In this document: positions 39,697 through 51,150 of the stretch, one piece after another
Numbering within the stretch: the stretch's first letter is position 1
Layout of the letters: every line of letters begins with the position of its first letter
DNA from: Cellulosilyticum sp.
Lineage (GTDB): Bacteria > Bacillota > Clostridia > Lachnospirales > Cellulosilyticaceae
NCBI GenBank assembly: GCA_045612745.1
Contig: JAZKZQ010000062.1
Location: 623-64,622, forward strand
DNA length: 64,000 nt
Direction of reading: 5' to 3'
The notes under the pieces: model-generated
What the model saw: the letters and a program-made list of their open reading frames with translations, nothing else
Database searches by the model: none
Told to the model about the DNA's origin: nothing
Made by a program: the position numbers and the translations under genes

Positions 39697-41148
39697 CTAG
39701 TCTTTCTTATAATTTTCAAGCATCTGCTCTTTTAACTCATATAAACCTTGTGATAAAACAACTGACATAATCTCTGGATTAATAAGTCGTTTATACTCAT
39801 CCCAAAGTGTATCTAATTCCTCTTTAGCATATGCCTTAATCTCTTTTACAGTTGGTACCTCATATACTCTAGTACCTTCTCTAAAAATTGGAAGTAATAA
39901 CTCTCTTACTTCATAACTCTCTGGTTTTAATTTAGTCTTTTTCCATCTTGCTTTAGGTTCCACAAGGATAAGTTCCTTTGTTTCATCAAACACTTCATTT
40001 TCAAGAGCAATAATATCCGCTTTCATTTTACCTGTTTCTTTGTTATAAACACGAACTACCTTCTTTATTCCTGGATTCGTTACCTTTTCTGGATTATTAG
40101 AAATCTTAATCTTAGGAATAACCTCTCCATTTTCATCAATTTCTGCTGCTAATTTATAAATGCCACCAAATGATGGACAATCAGACGATGTGATCATATT
40201 TGTACCTACACCCCAGAGTGTAATTTTAGCACCTTGCCTTTTAAGGTCTGCAATCAAACTTTCATCTAAATCACAAGATGCACTAATGATAGCATCTGTG
40301 TGTCCTGCTGCATCTAACATTACTCTTGCTTTTTTAGAAAGATATGCAAGGTCACCACTATCTAAACGAATACCATACGAAGCCATATTATATCCTTGTG
40401 CTTTCATTTCATCAAAAACTTTTATTGCATTGGGTACGCCACAACCTAATGTATCATAAGTATCAACAAGCAAAATACACTTATCTGGGAATATTTTTGC
40501 ATACGCTCTAAATGCCTCAATTTCTTCATCAAAACTCATAACCCAGCTGTGAGCATGGGTTCCTGATACTGGTACATCAAACATCTGTCCTGCAAGTACA
40601 TTAGATGTTGCTGCACATCCTCCAATTATTGCTGCTCTTGCACCGTAAATTCCTGCATCTGGACCTTGTGCACGGCGAAGTCCAAATTCAAGTACAGGGT
40701 CATCTTCTGCGGCACGTACTACCCTGGCTGCTTTAGTAGCAATAAGACTTTGATGATTTATAATATTTAAAAGGGCTGTTTCTACAAATTGTGCTTCTAA
40801 AATAGGTGCCTTTACACGCATTAAAACTTCCATTGGGAATACTACCGTTCCTTCTGGAATTGCATCAATATCTCCTGTAAATTTGAAGTTTTTAAGATAC
40901 ATCAAGAAACCTTCACTAAATAGATTAAGTCCTCTTAAATACGCAATATCAGATTCATCAAATTGAAGATTTTCAATATAATCAATAGCTTGCTCAAGCC
41001 CTGCACAAATGGCATAACCATTTTTAGATGGATTACTTCTATAAAATAGATCAAATACAACCTCATGATTGTTAATATCATTCTCATGATATCCCTGCAT
41101 CATGGTCAATTGATATAGATCTGTTAATAGAGTTAAATTTCTTTTCAT
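39697..41148 (-). CDS. pncB: Nicotinate phosphoribosyltransferase
   Basis: LLTDLYQLTM, EFGLRRAQ, GTHAHS, LVDTYD, IRLDSGD, GVGT. Confidence 0.96.
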   Translation of the reverse strand: MKRNLTLLTDLYQLTMMQGYHENDINNHEVVFDLFYRSNPSKNGYAICAGLEQAIDYIENLQFDESDIAYLRGLNLFSEGFLMYLKNFKFTGDIDAIPEGTVVFPMEVLMRVKAPILEAQFVETALLNIINHQSLIATKAARVVRAAEDDPVLEFGLRRAQGPDAGIYGARAAIIGGCAATSNVLAGQMFDVPVSGTHAHSWVMSFDEEIEAFRAYAKIFPDKCILLVDTYDTLGCGVPNAIKVFDEMKAQGYNMASYGIRLDSGDLAYLSKKARVMLDAAGHTDAIISASCDLDESLIADLKRQGAKITLWGVGTNMITSSDCPSFGGIYKLAAEIDENGEVIPKIKISNNPEKVTNPGIKKVVRVYNKETGKMKADIIALENEVFDETKELILVEPKARWKKTKLKPESYEVRELLLPIFREGTRVYEVPTVKEIKAYAKEELDTLWDEYKRLINPEIMSVVLSQGLYELKEQMLENYKKD

Positions 41149-41538
41149 ATGTTTTTCTCCCGTCTTTGACTTTCTGCATCTTTACTACTTTAATAATAGC
41201 TGATTCTTATATCTTTTTTAATCCGCCTGAAATTATACTACTACATAATTATGCTCTTAATTATATTGTATGACTACTATAATTATATAATATATATATT
41301 ATATAATCCACTTTTTAATATTAATCAGCATTTTACTTAAAATTTGCATTATATTATTTTGCTTATTATTTATTTTAGGACTTTTTAATACTAATTTGCA
41401 ATACCTTTATCTAATAATAGTATTAACAATATGTCTGCTTATACGCCTTAATCCAGTATTTAGTGTTACCTTTTATCTCTGGTATTATATCCTTCTACCT
41501 CTCTTTATTACATAATTTCATTATACTAACGTACCACA

Positions 41539-41588
41539 TAAAAGATGGTGTTGCAAAATCATTCATCATTTTGCAACACCATCTTTTA
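41539..41588 (-). terminator. Intrinsic terminator after the solute-binding protein gene
   Basis: taaaagatggtgttgcaaaat / attttgcaacaccatctttta. Confidence 0.8.
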
Positions 41589-41614
41589 TACTTATCAAAT
41601 ATTTAATTTATTTT

Positions 41615-42889
41615 TTAACCACGTCTTATCCAAAATGCCTTAAGTTCACTTAGAAAAGTGGCTCTATCTATTTGGTCATCTAGATATGCTCTTAAAATAT
41701 CTCCAACTTCTGAAATAGTTTCATGTGGTAAATAAGCCATCATTTGCTCAATAACCTGATTATTCTCTTGATATGTATAAACTGATTTACTTAAAGAGTT
41801 AGTATATTCAACCTCATTAGCCATTACACCTGGAATAACTTTTGCTTTATTAATCATAAAATCATTGCCTTCTTCTTCGTAAACTAACCATTCTATGAAT
41901 CTCTTAGCGGCTTCTTGTTGCTCTACTGAATTATTAACCCGATCAACTACTAAGTATTTAATAGCAGCTGTAATCTCGTTATTACCATAGTCATTCTCAT
42001 TATTACTAATCGGTACTGGAATAAAACCATACTGACCTTTTTCTAAATCACTCTTTAAAATATCTTGAATTGCCCAGTCTCCCATGTACCAAAAACCAAC
42101 TTCACCTCTTCCTAGAGCCTCTGCACAACGCTCATTAGAATTTGTTAATGGTTCTTCCTTATACATATTATATAACTTCATTACATCTAGTGTATCTAAC
42201 AATCCATTAATTGTTTTATCTGACGTTAAATCTATTTTACCTGCCGTTAAATCTTGGATAAACTTTACTTTTTCTTGATTATCTGATGATTTAACAGAAT
42301 ATGCAGTTGTAAAGAAGTGATTTGCTAAAGACCAATTATCATTAGTAATAACTAGTGCATCCCTACCGCTACTTTCAACTTTTTTAAACGCTTCTTCTAA
42401 GGCATCTCTTGTATGAATTGTATCTACATCAATTCCACATTCTTTTATAACTTTCTTATTGTAAATAAAGCCCATTCCTTCTACAGCAAACGGAAATACT
42501 ACTAATTCACCTTCACTATTTCTTGCCGCAGCTCCCATTTCTACATTTAAGTGCTTTACCCATGATTCTTCAGATAATGTTACAAATTCATCCTTCATGT
42601 CTTGTATATGTAAAGAGTCCACAATCATAATTGTTGGCGTATTATCATTACTCTTTCTAGAAGCAATTTTATCCTTTACCTCTTGATATCTACTGTATTC
42701 TAAAACTTTCACATTAATATCTGGATTAACTTTTGTAAAAGCTCTACTTGCTTCCTCTAAACTTGTATGTATTTCTGGCTTGGTATTAAATATAGAAATA
42801 CTCACAACGCTTTCATTTTCACTTGTGCATCCTACTAAAGTGCTCCCTATAGTTGCCGCTACTAGTAACTTTGCAATTTTTCGTTTCAT
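41615..42889 (-). CDS. Carbohydrate ABC-type solute-binding lipoprotein (orphan)
   Basis: Lipobox LVGC, SIFNTKPEI, FPFAVEGMGFIYNK, GDWA, AAKRFIEWL; no permease or ATPase nearby. Confidence 0.85.
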   Translation of the reverse strand: MKRKIAKLLVAATIGSTLVGCTSENESVVSISIFNTKPEIHTSLEEASRAFTKVNPDINVKVLEYSRYQEVKDKIASRKSNDNTPTIMIVDSLHIQDMKDEFVTLSEESWVKHLNVEMGAAARNSEGELVVFPFAVEGMGFIYNKKVIKECGIDVDTIHTRDALEEAFKKVESSGRDALVITNDNWSLANHFFTTAYSVKSSDNQEKVKFIQDLTAGKIDLTSDKTINGLLDTLDVMKLYNMYKEEPLTNSNERCAEALGRGEVGFWYMGDWAIQDILKSDLEKGQYGFIPVPISNNENDYGNNEITAAIKYLVVDRVNNSVEQQEAAKRFIEWLVYEEEGNDFMINKAKVIPGVMANEVEYTNSLSKSVYTYQENNQVIEQMMAYLPHETISEVGDILRAYLDDQIDRATFLSELKAFWIRRG

Positions 42890-42933
42890 CTTTCCACCCT
42901 TATCTAACTTCTTCTATGCTTTTTATTATTTTA

Positions 42934-44916
42934 TTACTTGTCTATTTTTAAGTTTCCAATGCTATTGCTTAGTTCCTTAATATTCTCTTTAATATTTTCA
43001 CTAATTTTATTAAGATTATCCACCATTTCAAACTGTTTATCTAAGGATACTTTAGTTTTTCCTGTTGTTGCTGCACTTTCTTCAGCAATAAGGGCAAGTG
43101 AATCTGTTATTCCAAGTAATTCTTTACTAAATTCTCCAATATAATTTATTGTACTACTAAAATCAATAATATTATCTATAATCATTGTGTCTGCTTCTTC
43201 TATTTGTTTAAATACTTCATAGGTTTCTTCAACTAATTTAGTTTGCTCACTCATTGCTGTATCAATTTGAGTCATCAGTTTCTTCGTTGTCCCCGTCTGA
43301 TACTGGATATTTTCCAATATAGTAGTAATATCTTGAATTGCATTTTGTGACTGGGTTGCTAAATTTCCAATCTCTGTTGCAACTACTGCAAAGCTTCTAC
43401 CACTTTCACCAGCTCTTGCTGCCTCAATGCTTGCATTTAAGGCTAATAAATGTGTTTGATCTGCAATAGAATTAATTGTTTGTGTAATGGTATTAATATG
43501 CCCTACAGCACTTTCTAACTGACTTACTTCCTGTACTGTATCATTTACAATTCTTCTTTGAATTTCAGTTTCTTCTTTTAAATTTGCTACTTCTCCTTGT
43601 GCTTTAGTTAAAATATATTTAGATTCTTCTATAGTTTGATTAATTTTTACTAATTTATTTTTTGCCTCTTCTACTTTTGCATCTAAATCCTTAGTATTCT
43701 CTAAAACTTCTCCTGTTTGTGTTGCCTGCATAATAGCACCTGCTGATATCTCTTCCATAGCCCCAATCACTTCTTTATTAGAACTTTCTGCCACTTTAAA
43801 GATATTTATTAAACTTTCAGCACTTTGTTGTAAGTTACCATTTTTTTCATAAATATTTCCTGTTAAACCCTTTAAAAAATCTACCATTTCATTAAATGTT
43901 TCACCAATAACCTGTAACTCTCTTAAATTACTTACTTCTGCCTTAATGGTTAAATCTCCATTAGCAACTTCTTGTGCAACTTCCGCTAATTGAGTAATTG
44001 GCTTTACAATTTTTATTTGCTGACGTAAAGCTAAAATTATATTAAATACTATCAATATTAAAAGTATAGGAAAAGCTATTTTTAATACTTCATTAAACCC
44101 AGCATACACTTCACTAATTGGCACTGCTGTAATAACTCCCCAGTTCAAAGAATCAATAAAGTTACCTACTGCTAATTGATTTTGACCATCAAAGTGAATT
44201 ATATCTGTACTTCTATTTCCTCTTAATGATCTATCTACTATATCCTTAAGCATGGTATGTGTATTATCTAAGAGATTTTCATTATTGATTCTACTTGGAT
44301 CTGTGTGCCATGTAATATTACCTATTCTGTCAAAGGCAAATACCTTGCTTCCCTCTGCAAAAAAGATATCACCTATAATATTATCTAGCTTTGTAATTTC
44401 TATCTGGCTTATAATAACACCAATAACATTTCCATTTTTTCTAACAGGTGCTGCAAAAGCAATATTAGGCACACTATCTTCTAAAAAAATGTTACTAATA
44501 CAGCTCACACCTTGGACTGCTTGTTTAAAATGTTCTTTCTCAGCCATATTTTGACTTAAAGAACCTAATGCATTTACAATGACATGGCCTGTAGTATCTA
44601 CATAAAAAATATTTTTAATACTGCTATCTTGTTCTATTCTTAATCCTAATTCTTCTTGTATATTCTCTTTGATACCACTTTTAATAACCTGAGAATACGC
44701 AATTTCTTCAACAAGAATAATATTTTGATCGCCCCATCTATCCATATTGTTCATTACCATACTTGATATTTGATTCATGGCATTGACTTTACTTTTATAT
44801 ATTGATTTTTGAATAATCCCCCCACAAACTAGTCCTAAAACAAGTAAAGGTACAACCCCTACTATTAGATAAGATCTTATAAAATTTGATTTTAGACTTC
44901 TTTCTTTTTTACTCAA
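42934..44916 (-). CDS. Methyl-accepting chemotaxis protein (dCache-type sensor, HAMP)
   Basis: Two TMs, [31 protein letters not shown]. Confidence 0.93.
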   Translation of the reverse strand: MSKKERSLKSNFIRSYLIVGVVPLLVLGLVCGGIIQKSIYKSKVNAMNQISSMVMNNMDRWGDQNIILVEEIAYSQVIKSGIKENIQEELGLRIEQDSSIKNIFYVDTTGHVIVNALGSLSQNMAEKEHFKQAVQGVSCISNIFLEDSVPNIAFAAPVRKNGNVIGVIISQIEITKLDNIIGDIFFAEGSKVFAFDRIGNITWHTDPSRINNENLLDNTHTMLKDIVDRSLRGNRSTDIIHFDGQNQLAVGNFIDSLNWGVITAVPISEVYAGFNEVLKIAFPILLILIVFNIILALRQQIKIVKPITQLAEVAQEVANGDLTIKAEVSNLRELQVIGETFNEMVDFLKGLTGNIYEKNGNLQQSAESLINIFKVAESSNKEVIGAMEEISAGAIMQATQTGEVLENTKDLDAKVEEAKNKLVKINQTIEESKYILTKAQGEVANLKEETEIQRRIVNDTVQEVSQLESAVGHINTITQTINSIADQTHLLALNASIEAARAGESGRSFAVVATEIGNLATQSQNAIQDITTILENIQYQTGTTKKLMTQIDTAMSEQTKLVEETYEVFKQIEEADTMIIDNIIDFSSTINYIGEFSKELLGITDSLALIAEESAATTGKTKVSLDKQFEMVDNLNKISENIKENIKELSNSIGNLKIDK

Positions 44917-44954
44917 TACCTTTTAACTCCTCTATCTAATTATTTACTCTTTAA

Positions 44955-44981
44955 TAATCGGTGTTTTTCCCATTTTCTTTA
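44955..44981 (-). promoter_or_regulatory. Putative sigma-D (FliA) promoter of the MCP-SBP pair
   Basis: Minus strand TAAA-N15-ACCGATTA versus consensus TAAA-N15-GCCGATAA. Confidence 0.65.
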
Positions 44982-45044
44982 ATTATTTTGCAAAATTTTA
45001 CTTTTATTTATTGATTTACTTTTTATAAAAATTACTTTTACCAC

Positions 45045-45073
45045 TAGACATCCTTTACATTTAATTTTATAAT
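45045..45073 (+). promoter_or_regulatory. Putative sigma-A promoter of the ileS leader
   Basis: TAGACA-N17-TATAAT upstream of the T-box. Confidence 0.7.
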
Positions 45074-45100
45074 ATTACTTATTAAATTTTTATATTGACA

Positions 45101-45373
45101 AACACTATGAAGAGGACAAGTACTATATTTGATGCGTCTCAGCGAGTGAGGTTGGTGAGAGCTCACACGATAGAATTTAGGAAGAATCGCCTTGGAGTGG
45201 CAGACCGAAACATAAACCTTCTGTTTATGAGTAGACTCTGACGGTTTCCTACCGTTACCGTAAGGAAAGGTATAACGAGCGGTCTTCTTTAGAGGAAGGC
45301 AAATCAGGTGGTACCGCGGAAGATTACGTATATAACGCTCTTTCGTCCTGTTGATGGATGAAGGAGCTTTTTT
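45101..45373 (+). ncRNA. Ile T-box riboswitch
   Basis: AGCGA and GGTGAGA stem I motifs, specifier GAA-ATC (45186-45188 = Ile), AGTA and CCGTTA stem II motifs, T-box AATCAGGTGGTACCGCG (45302-45318), terminator gctctttcgtcc/ggatgaaggagc plus T tract. Confidence 0.93.
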
Positions 45374-45580
45374 ATTGCCATTTTATGCTTAAATAAGATT
45401 CCTAAATCCAGCACGCTCTTCATATGTTAAGGACTAATATTTAAGGAATTTGGTTATAACTTATATGTAATCTCTTATTTATCTTAGTCTAATGATTTAT
45501 ACATAGATATTTTAATAGATGTATAACATATGGAGTCATATTACACTATTTAATTTCTACATTATATTAGGAGGTATAGT

Positions 45581-48500
45581 ATGTACAAAAAAGTAGATAC
45601 CAATCTGAACTTCGTTGACAGAGAACTCGAAGTTTTAGATTTTTGGAAGAAACATAATGTCTTTGAAGAATCAATCAAATCTAGAGAAGGTGGCCCAGTT
45701 TTCACATTTTATGATGGCCCTCCTACAGCAAATGGTAAACCACACATTGGTCATATCTTAACACGTACAATGAAAGATATTATGCCACGTTACAAAACTA
45801 TGAAAGGTTACAAAGTACTTCGTAAAGCTGGTTGGGATACACATGGTCTTCCAGTAGAACTTGAAGTTGAAAAACTTCTTGGTATCAGTGGTAAACCACA
45901 AATTGAAGATTATGGTGTAGAGCCTTTCATTAAAAAATGTAAAGAAAGCGTTTGGCAATATCAAAATCTTTGGGAAAAAATGTCTGACCGCGTTGGTTAC
46001 TGGGTAGATATGGATAATCCATATATTACTTATGATAACAACTACATTGAATCAGTATGGTGGTCACTTCGTCAAATTTGGGATAAAGACCTTATCTACA
46101 AAGGACATAAAATCGTGCCTTACTGCCCACGTTGTGGCACATCTCTTTCTTCACACGAAGTAGCTCAAGGATACAAAGATATCAAAGACCAAACAGCTAC
46201 ATGTAAATTCAAGGTAGTAGGCGAAGAAAATACTTACCTTCTTGCTTGGACAACAACACCATGGACACTTCCATCAAACGTTGGTCTTTGTGTTAACCCA
46301 GAACACACATATGTAAGAGCAGTAGTAGATGGTGCAACATATATCTTAGCTGAAGCCTTAGTAGAAGCTGTTCTTGGCACAGAAGGTGTAGAAATCACAG
46401 AAAAATTTGCTGGTAAAGATTTATGTGGCATGGCATACGAACCACTCTTTACATGTGCAAAATTAGATAAAAAAGCATTCTTCGTAGTAGCTGATAATTA
46501 CGTAACACTTACAGATGGTACAGGTATCGTACACATTGCTCCTGCATTTGGTGAAGATGATGCGAGAGTTGGTCGTGCAAATAACCTTCCATTCGTACAA
46601 CTTGTTAACGAACAAGGTTACTTCACAGAAGACTTCACAAATGAATTCCCTCAGCTTAAAGACGTATTCGTAAAAAATGCTGACCCAGAAATTCTTAAAT
46701 ATTTAGAAGCACAAGGTACTTTATTCAAAGCTATTCCACACACACATAGCTACCCACACTGCTGGAGATGTGATACACCACTTCTTTACTATGCACGTGA
46801 TACATGGTTCATTGAAATGACAAAAGTTCGTGACCGCCTTATTGCTAACAACAAAACTGTTAACTGGATGCCTGAATCAATCGGTGAAGGTCGTTTCGGT
46901 AACTTCCTTGAAGGTGTAATTGACTGGGGTCTTTCACGTTCAAGATACTGGGGTACACCACTTCCAATCTGGGAATGTAAATGTGGCCACAAACACCTTA
47001 TTGGTAGCATTGAAGAACTTAAATCAATGAGTTCTGACTGCCCAGATAATATTGAACTTCACAAACCATACATCGATAACGTTCACCTTAACTGTCCAAA
47101 ATGTAATGGCACAATGACAAGAGTTGCTGATGTTATTGACTGTTGGTATGATAGTGGTTCAATGCCATTTGCACAACTTCACTATCCATTTGAAAACAAA
47201 GAAGTATTCGAAGAAAACTACCCAGCTGACTTTATCTCAGAAGCTGTTGACCAAACTCGTGGTTGGTTCTACACATTAATGGCAATCTCTACATTAATCT
47301 TTGATAAAGCACCATATAAAAACGTAATCGTTCTTGGTCACGTTGGTGATAAAGATGGTATTAAAATGAGTAAGAGTAAAGGAAATGTAGTTGATCCATG
47401 GTCTGTACTTGATGTACAAGGTGCAGATGCTGTACGTTGGTACTTCTATTCTGCTTCTGCACCATGGCTTCCATCTAGATTCTCTGCAGATAACGTAAGT
47501 GAATCTCAACGTAAATTTATGGGTACATTCTGGAACACATATGCATTCTATGTACTTTATGCAAATATTGATGAGTTCGACCCAACTAAGTATGAATTAG
47601 ACTATGTATCACTTAACATGATGGATAAATGGGTACTTTCAAAACTTCAAACACTTGTTAAAACAGTAGATGAAAATCTTGAAAACTACCGTATCTTCGA
47701 AGCTGCTCGTGATATGCAAGACTTCATTGATGAAGTATCTAACTGGTACGTTCGTCGTAGCCGTGAAAGATTCTGGCAAAGTGATATGCCACAAGACAAA
47801 ATCAATGCTTACAAAACACTTCATACAGTACTTGTAACACTTGCAAAACTTGCGGCACCATTTACACCATTCATGGCAGAACAAATTTACCAAAACCTTG
47901 TAAAATCAGTTGATGAAACTGCACCAACAAGCGTTCATTTATGTAACTTCCCAGTTTGTGATGAACAAATGGTAAATCCAGAACTTGAAAAATACATGAA
48001 CGAAGTACTTGATATCGTAGTATTAGGACGTAGCTGCCGTAACGAAAGTGGTATCAAAAACCGTCAACCAATCGGTACACTTTATGTAGGGGCTACAGAA
48101 GTTCTACCACAAGAATTCATCGATATCGTAGCAGAAGAATTAAACGTAAAACACGTAGAATTCACAACAGAAGCTGCTGACTTCATTTCATATAGCTTCA
48201 AACCACAAATGCGTACATTAGGGCCAAAATACGGCAAAATGCTTAACGCAATCCGTACAGCTCTTACAGAACTTGACGGAACAGCTGCTATGGCAGAACT
48301 TAATGATACAGGTGTCCTCAAACTTACAATCGAAGGACAAGAAATCGAACTTACTAAAGAAGACCTCTTAATTAGTACAGCTCAAAAAGAGGGTTATGTA
48401 GCTGCTGCTGATAAAGGTTACACAGTAGTAATCGACACAGAACTTACAGAAGAACTTCTCGAAGAAGGTTTCGTACGTGAAATCATCTCTAAAATCCAAA

Positions 48501-48712
48501 CAATGAGAAAAGAAGCTAACTTCGAAGTTCAAGACCACATTGAAGTAGCTTATACAGGTAACGAAAAAGTAGGCGCTATCATGACTAAAAATGCTGATTA
48601 TATTGCATCAGAAGTATTAGCTAACAGCGTAAGCGAAGGTACTGTAGATGGCTATACAAAAGACTGGAAAATCAACGGTGAAGCTGTTACATTCTCAGTA
48701 AAAAAAGTTTAA
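45581..48712 (+). CDS. ileS: Isoleucine--tRNA ligase (type 2, long form)
   Basis: DGPPTANGKPHIGH, GWDTHGLPVE, SRSRYWGTPLP, KMSKS; Ile T-box upstream. Confidence 0.98.
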   Translation: MYKKVDTNLNFVDRELEVLDFWKKHNVFEESIKSREGGPVFTFYDGPPTANGKPHIGHILTRTMKDIMPRYKTMKGYKVLRKAGWDTHGLPVELEVEKLLGISGKPQIEDYGVEPFIKKCKESVWQYQNLWEKMSDRVGYWVDMDNPYITYDNNYIESVWWSLRQIWDKDLIYKGHKIVPYCPRCGTSLSSHEVAQGYKDIKDQTATCKFKVVGEENTYLLAWTTTPWTLPSNVGLCVNPEHTYVRAVVDGATYILAEALVEAVLGTEGVEITEKFAGKDLCGMAYEPLFTCAKLDKKAFFVVADNYVTLTDGTGIVHIAPAFGEDDARVGRANNLPFVQLVNEQGYFTEDFTNEFPQLKDVFVKNADPEILKYLEAQGTLFKAIPHTHSYPHCWRCDTPLLYYARDTWFIEMTKVRDRLIANNKTVNWMPESIGEGRFGNFLEGVIDWGLSRSRYWGTPLPIWECKCGHKHLIGSIEELKSMSSDCPDNIELHKPYIDNVHLNCPKCNGTMTRVADVIDCWYDSGSMPFAQLHYPFENKEVFEENYPADFISEAVDQTRGWFYTLMAISTLIFDKAPYKNVIVLGHVGDKDGIKMSKSKGNVVDPWSVLDVQGADAVRWYFYSASAPWLPSRFSADNVSESQRKFMGTFWNTYAFYVLYANIDEFDPTKYELDYVSLNMMDKWVLSKLQTLVKTVDENLENYRIFEAARDMQDFIDEVSNWYVRRSRERFWQSDMPQDKINAYKTLHTVLVTLAKLAAPFTPFMAEQIYQNLVKSVDETAPTSVHLCNFPVCDEQMVNPELEKYMNEVLDIVVLGRSCRNESGIKNRQPIGTLYVGATEVLPQEFIDIVAEELNVKHVEFTTEAADFISYSFKPQMRTLGPKYGKMLNAIRTALTELDGTAAMAELNDTGVLKLTIEGQEIELTKEDLLISTAQKEGYVAAADKGYTVVIDTELTEELLEEGFVREIISKIQTMRKEANFEVQDHIEVAYTGNEKVGAIMTKNADYIASEVLANSVSEGTVDGYTKDWKINGEAVTFSVKKV

Positions 48713-48732
48713 TACACTAATAAAACATCTTA

Positions 48733-48776
48733 AAAAGGGATTATCAATCAATGAGTTGATTGATAATCCCTTTTTT
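48733..48776. terminator. Bidirectional terminator after ileS
   Basis: aaaagggattatcaatcaa / ttgattgataatccctttt. Confidence 0.85.
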
Positions 48777-48800
48777 AATTTAAACTTATTTTTCTTATCA

Positions 48801-50954
48801 TCAGCTAATCTTAAAGGCTTCTACAATACGTCCTAGGTCATCTGAAGAATATTCTAGACCTTTAATAGTCTGATTAAGTATTTGAATACGTTTATGCATT
48901 ACTTCCATTTGTTCTAATAATAATGTACTATCATTCTGTTCAATAATCTTATTGGTTTCTTTACTTTTTGCCATTTTATTCACCTTACTACTAGCTTTAT
49001 AAATCACCTTACTTTGACTATTCATAGCTTTCATAATGTCTGATAAAACACTAGAAACCTCTCTAAAAGAATCAAAGCTTGCCATATTTTCCAAAGTACT
49101 TTGTGAAGATATTTTTACCTTTTCATTGATAATATTCATATTACCATTGGTATTCGTAATCTGCTTTTGTATATTAGTTACTAAATGTTCAATTCTCTCT
49201 GTAGATATTTTCGTTTCATTAGCTAACTCTTTTATTTCCTCTGCTACAATTCCAAAGCCTTTTCCTGCCTCTCCAGCATGTACTGCTTCAATAGATGCAT
49301 TTAAAGCTAGTAAACTCGTTTGTTTACTTATTGCATTGATTGTACTTACAATATCTGTGATTGCTTTTGATTGCTGTTCTAAAACACTCATATGATCTAC
49401 TGCATTTTGTGTAGCAACTTCTAACTCCTTCATGGAATCTAAAGTTGCCTCTCCCGCCGCTTTAGCACTCTCTGCTACTTTGTTAGTTATCATAATCTTG
49501 TCTGTTATCTTTTCTACTAATCCATCATTATTACTAAATAGCTGTGAAATATTAATTAATTCATTCTGTGTATTTTTTAATAACTCATTCTGCGCAATGG
49601 CATTTTCTGATAAAACTTGTACGATTGACTCAACACTTTGAGTAGTTTTAGAAACATTCTTAATAACCTTTTTAGTTGTTTGTGTTACACTTGCAATACG
49701 CTTAATCATATTCATTTGATTACTTATAAATTTATTGAACCATTTACCAAGTTCCCCTACCTCATTTTTAGAAGGACTCTCCACACGTTTTGTTAAATCT
49801 CCTTGCCCCTCTGCAATATGATAAAGAATATTTACAGTTTCATTAATAAGTCTTGTAATATAATAATCAATCAATTTATAAGTTATTACAAACATTATAC
49901 CACTTAATATAACTGTTGAAATGATGCCACCCCACTTAAAAAACCATCCTACTAACCAGCTAATAAAAACAAATATAGTAGCTAGACTTGCAATATAACT
50001 TGGTACTATGTGATTAATACTATTAAAATTATATATTTCTGCGATATCACCTTCACACATCATCCCCCATACTTCATCTGAATAAGGTGGTGAAATTGTA
50101 ATTCCCTTTCCTCCTACTAAAATGTGGCGATAGTCCGGGTAACCTGGCCAGCAATCACAATTTTGTCCCTTTCTTATAGTATTAGCCACCCCAGGATGCA
50201 ATTGTTTTGTTTTAGGATCATTAAATATAATTTCAAACTCTGTATGTTGTTTAACTTTTATCACCTCACCAGCAACTGTTCGAATCCCATCCTTTAAATT
50301 ATCACCTAAAGTAAATGTACGATCTTCAAAACGACTCCTAGAAATAGCTGTTCCAGGTGCAATTCCTCTATTATTCTTAATCATAAATAAATAATTATCA
50401 CCTGAATCTTTATAAATGTGTACATCTTCTTCTTGAATAATATTGGATAGATCATCATTTAAAACCCGCCCACACAAAATATACAACTCACCTTTTTGAT
50501 TTTTATATGGTTCTGAAAAAAGTAATGTTACCTCATCTTTAAATCTTTTGCGACTCACTGGAATCTCTAAAGTTGTTTTATCACAATACGGCCCATACAT
50601 ATAACGTTTATTCTCTAGAGCATATTTATAATTAGGAAAACCACTCAAATCTTTACCTATATGCTTCACAAAAGAGGATGCTACTACCTTTCCCTGTCCA
50701 TCTAAAATAAAGAGCTCAATAAAATCCCTTTCCTCATTAATCTCTTCCGTTAAAGCTAACATCTGATCCTCATGGGTATATTCATTATTATTAATAACAT
50801 GTTTAATCATCTCTAATTGAAACCATTGATCCTCAAACCATTCCTCTAAAGCTCTTTTTCTTCCTAGTGCAATACCTTCAAATACTTTCTCAGAATGTAT
50901 TTTTAGATGCTTATTTCTCTTGTATAATTTGTACTCTTTATATTGCTCATTCAA
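48801..50954 (-). CDS. Methyl-accepting chemotaxis protein with large N-terminal sensor preceding a TM hairpin
   Basis: [31 protein letters not shown] (GDLTKRV...[11 protein letters not shown]); no N-terminal TM. Confidence 0.88.
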   Translation of the reverse strand: MNEQYKEYKLYKRNKHLKIHSEKVFEGIALGRKRALEEWFEDQWFQLEMIKHVINNNEYTHEDQMLALTEEINEERDFIELFILDGQGKVVASSFVKHIGKDLSGFPNYKYALENKRYMYGPYCDKTTLEIPVSRKRFKDEVTLLFSEPYKNQKGELYILCGRVLNDDLSNIIQEEDVHIYKDSGDNYLFMIKNNRGIAPGTAISRSRFEDRTFTLGDNLKDGIRTVAGEVIKVKQHTEFEIIFNDPKTKQLHPGVANTIRKGQNCDCWPGYPDYRHILVGGKGITISPPYSDEVWGMMCEGDIAEIYNFNSINHIVPSYIASLATIFVFISWLVGWFFKWGGIISTVILSGIMFVITYKLIDYYITRLINETVNILYHIAEGQGDLTKRVESPSKNEVGELGKWFNKFISNQMNMIKRIASVTQTTKKVIKNVSKTTQSVESIVQVLSENAIAQNELLKNTQNELINISQLFSNNDGLVEKITDKIMITNKVAESAKAAGEATLDSMKELEVATQNAVDHMSVLEQQSKAITDIVSTINAISKQTSLLALNASIEAVHAGEAGKGFGIVAEEIKELANETKISTERIEHLVTNIQKQITNTNGNMNIINEKVKISSQSTLENMASFDSFREVSSVLSDIMKAMNSQSKVIYKASSKVNKMAKSKETNKIIEQNDSTLLLEQMEVMHKRIQILNQTIKGLEYSSDDLGRIVEAFKIS

Positions 50955-51150
50955 ATTAATCTCCCCCCTATGCTTTTATTCCACTTTCCTAAAACTTTAA
51001 ATTTAGACTTTCTTACCTTTAAAACTTTTTATTAATATTATCATACTTTTAAAGTATATATGTATTATTTTAAAAATATTTAAAATATTTTTTAAAACAA
51101 AAAAACAATCAAACTCCTATATATCTGAGTTTGATTGCTCTTTTATAATA

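Noticed and set aside
41149-41538. NrtR/NiaR operator or riboswitch upstream of pncB
   Set aside because: TATAGT-N6-ACAATA has the wrong spacing for NrtR and the region is so AT-rich that weak palindromes are expected
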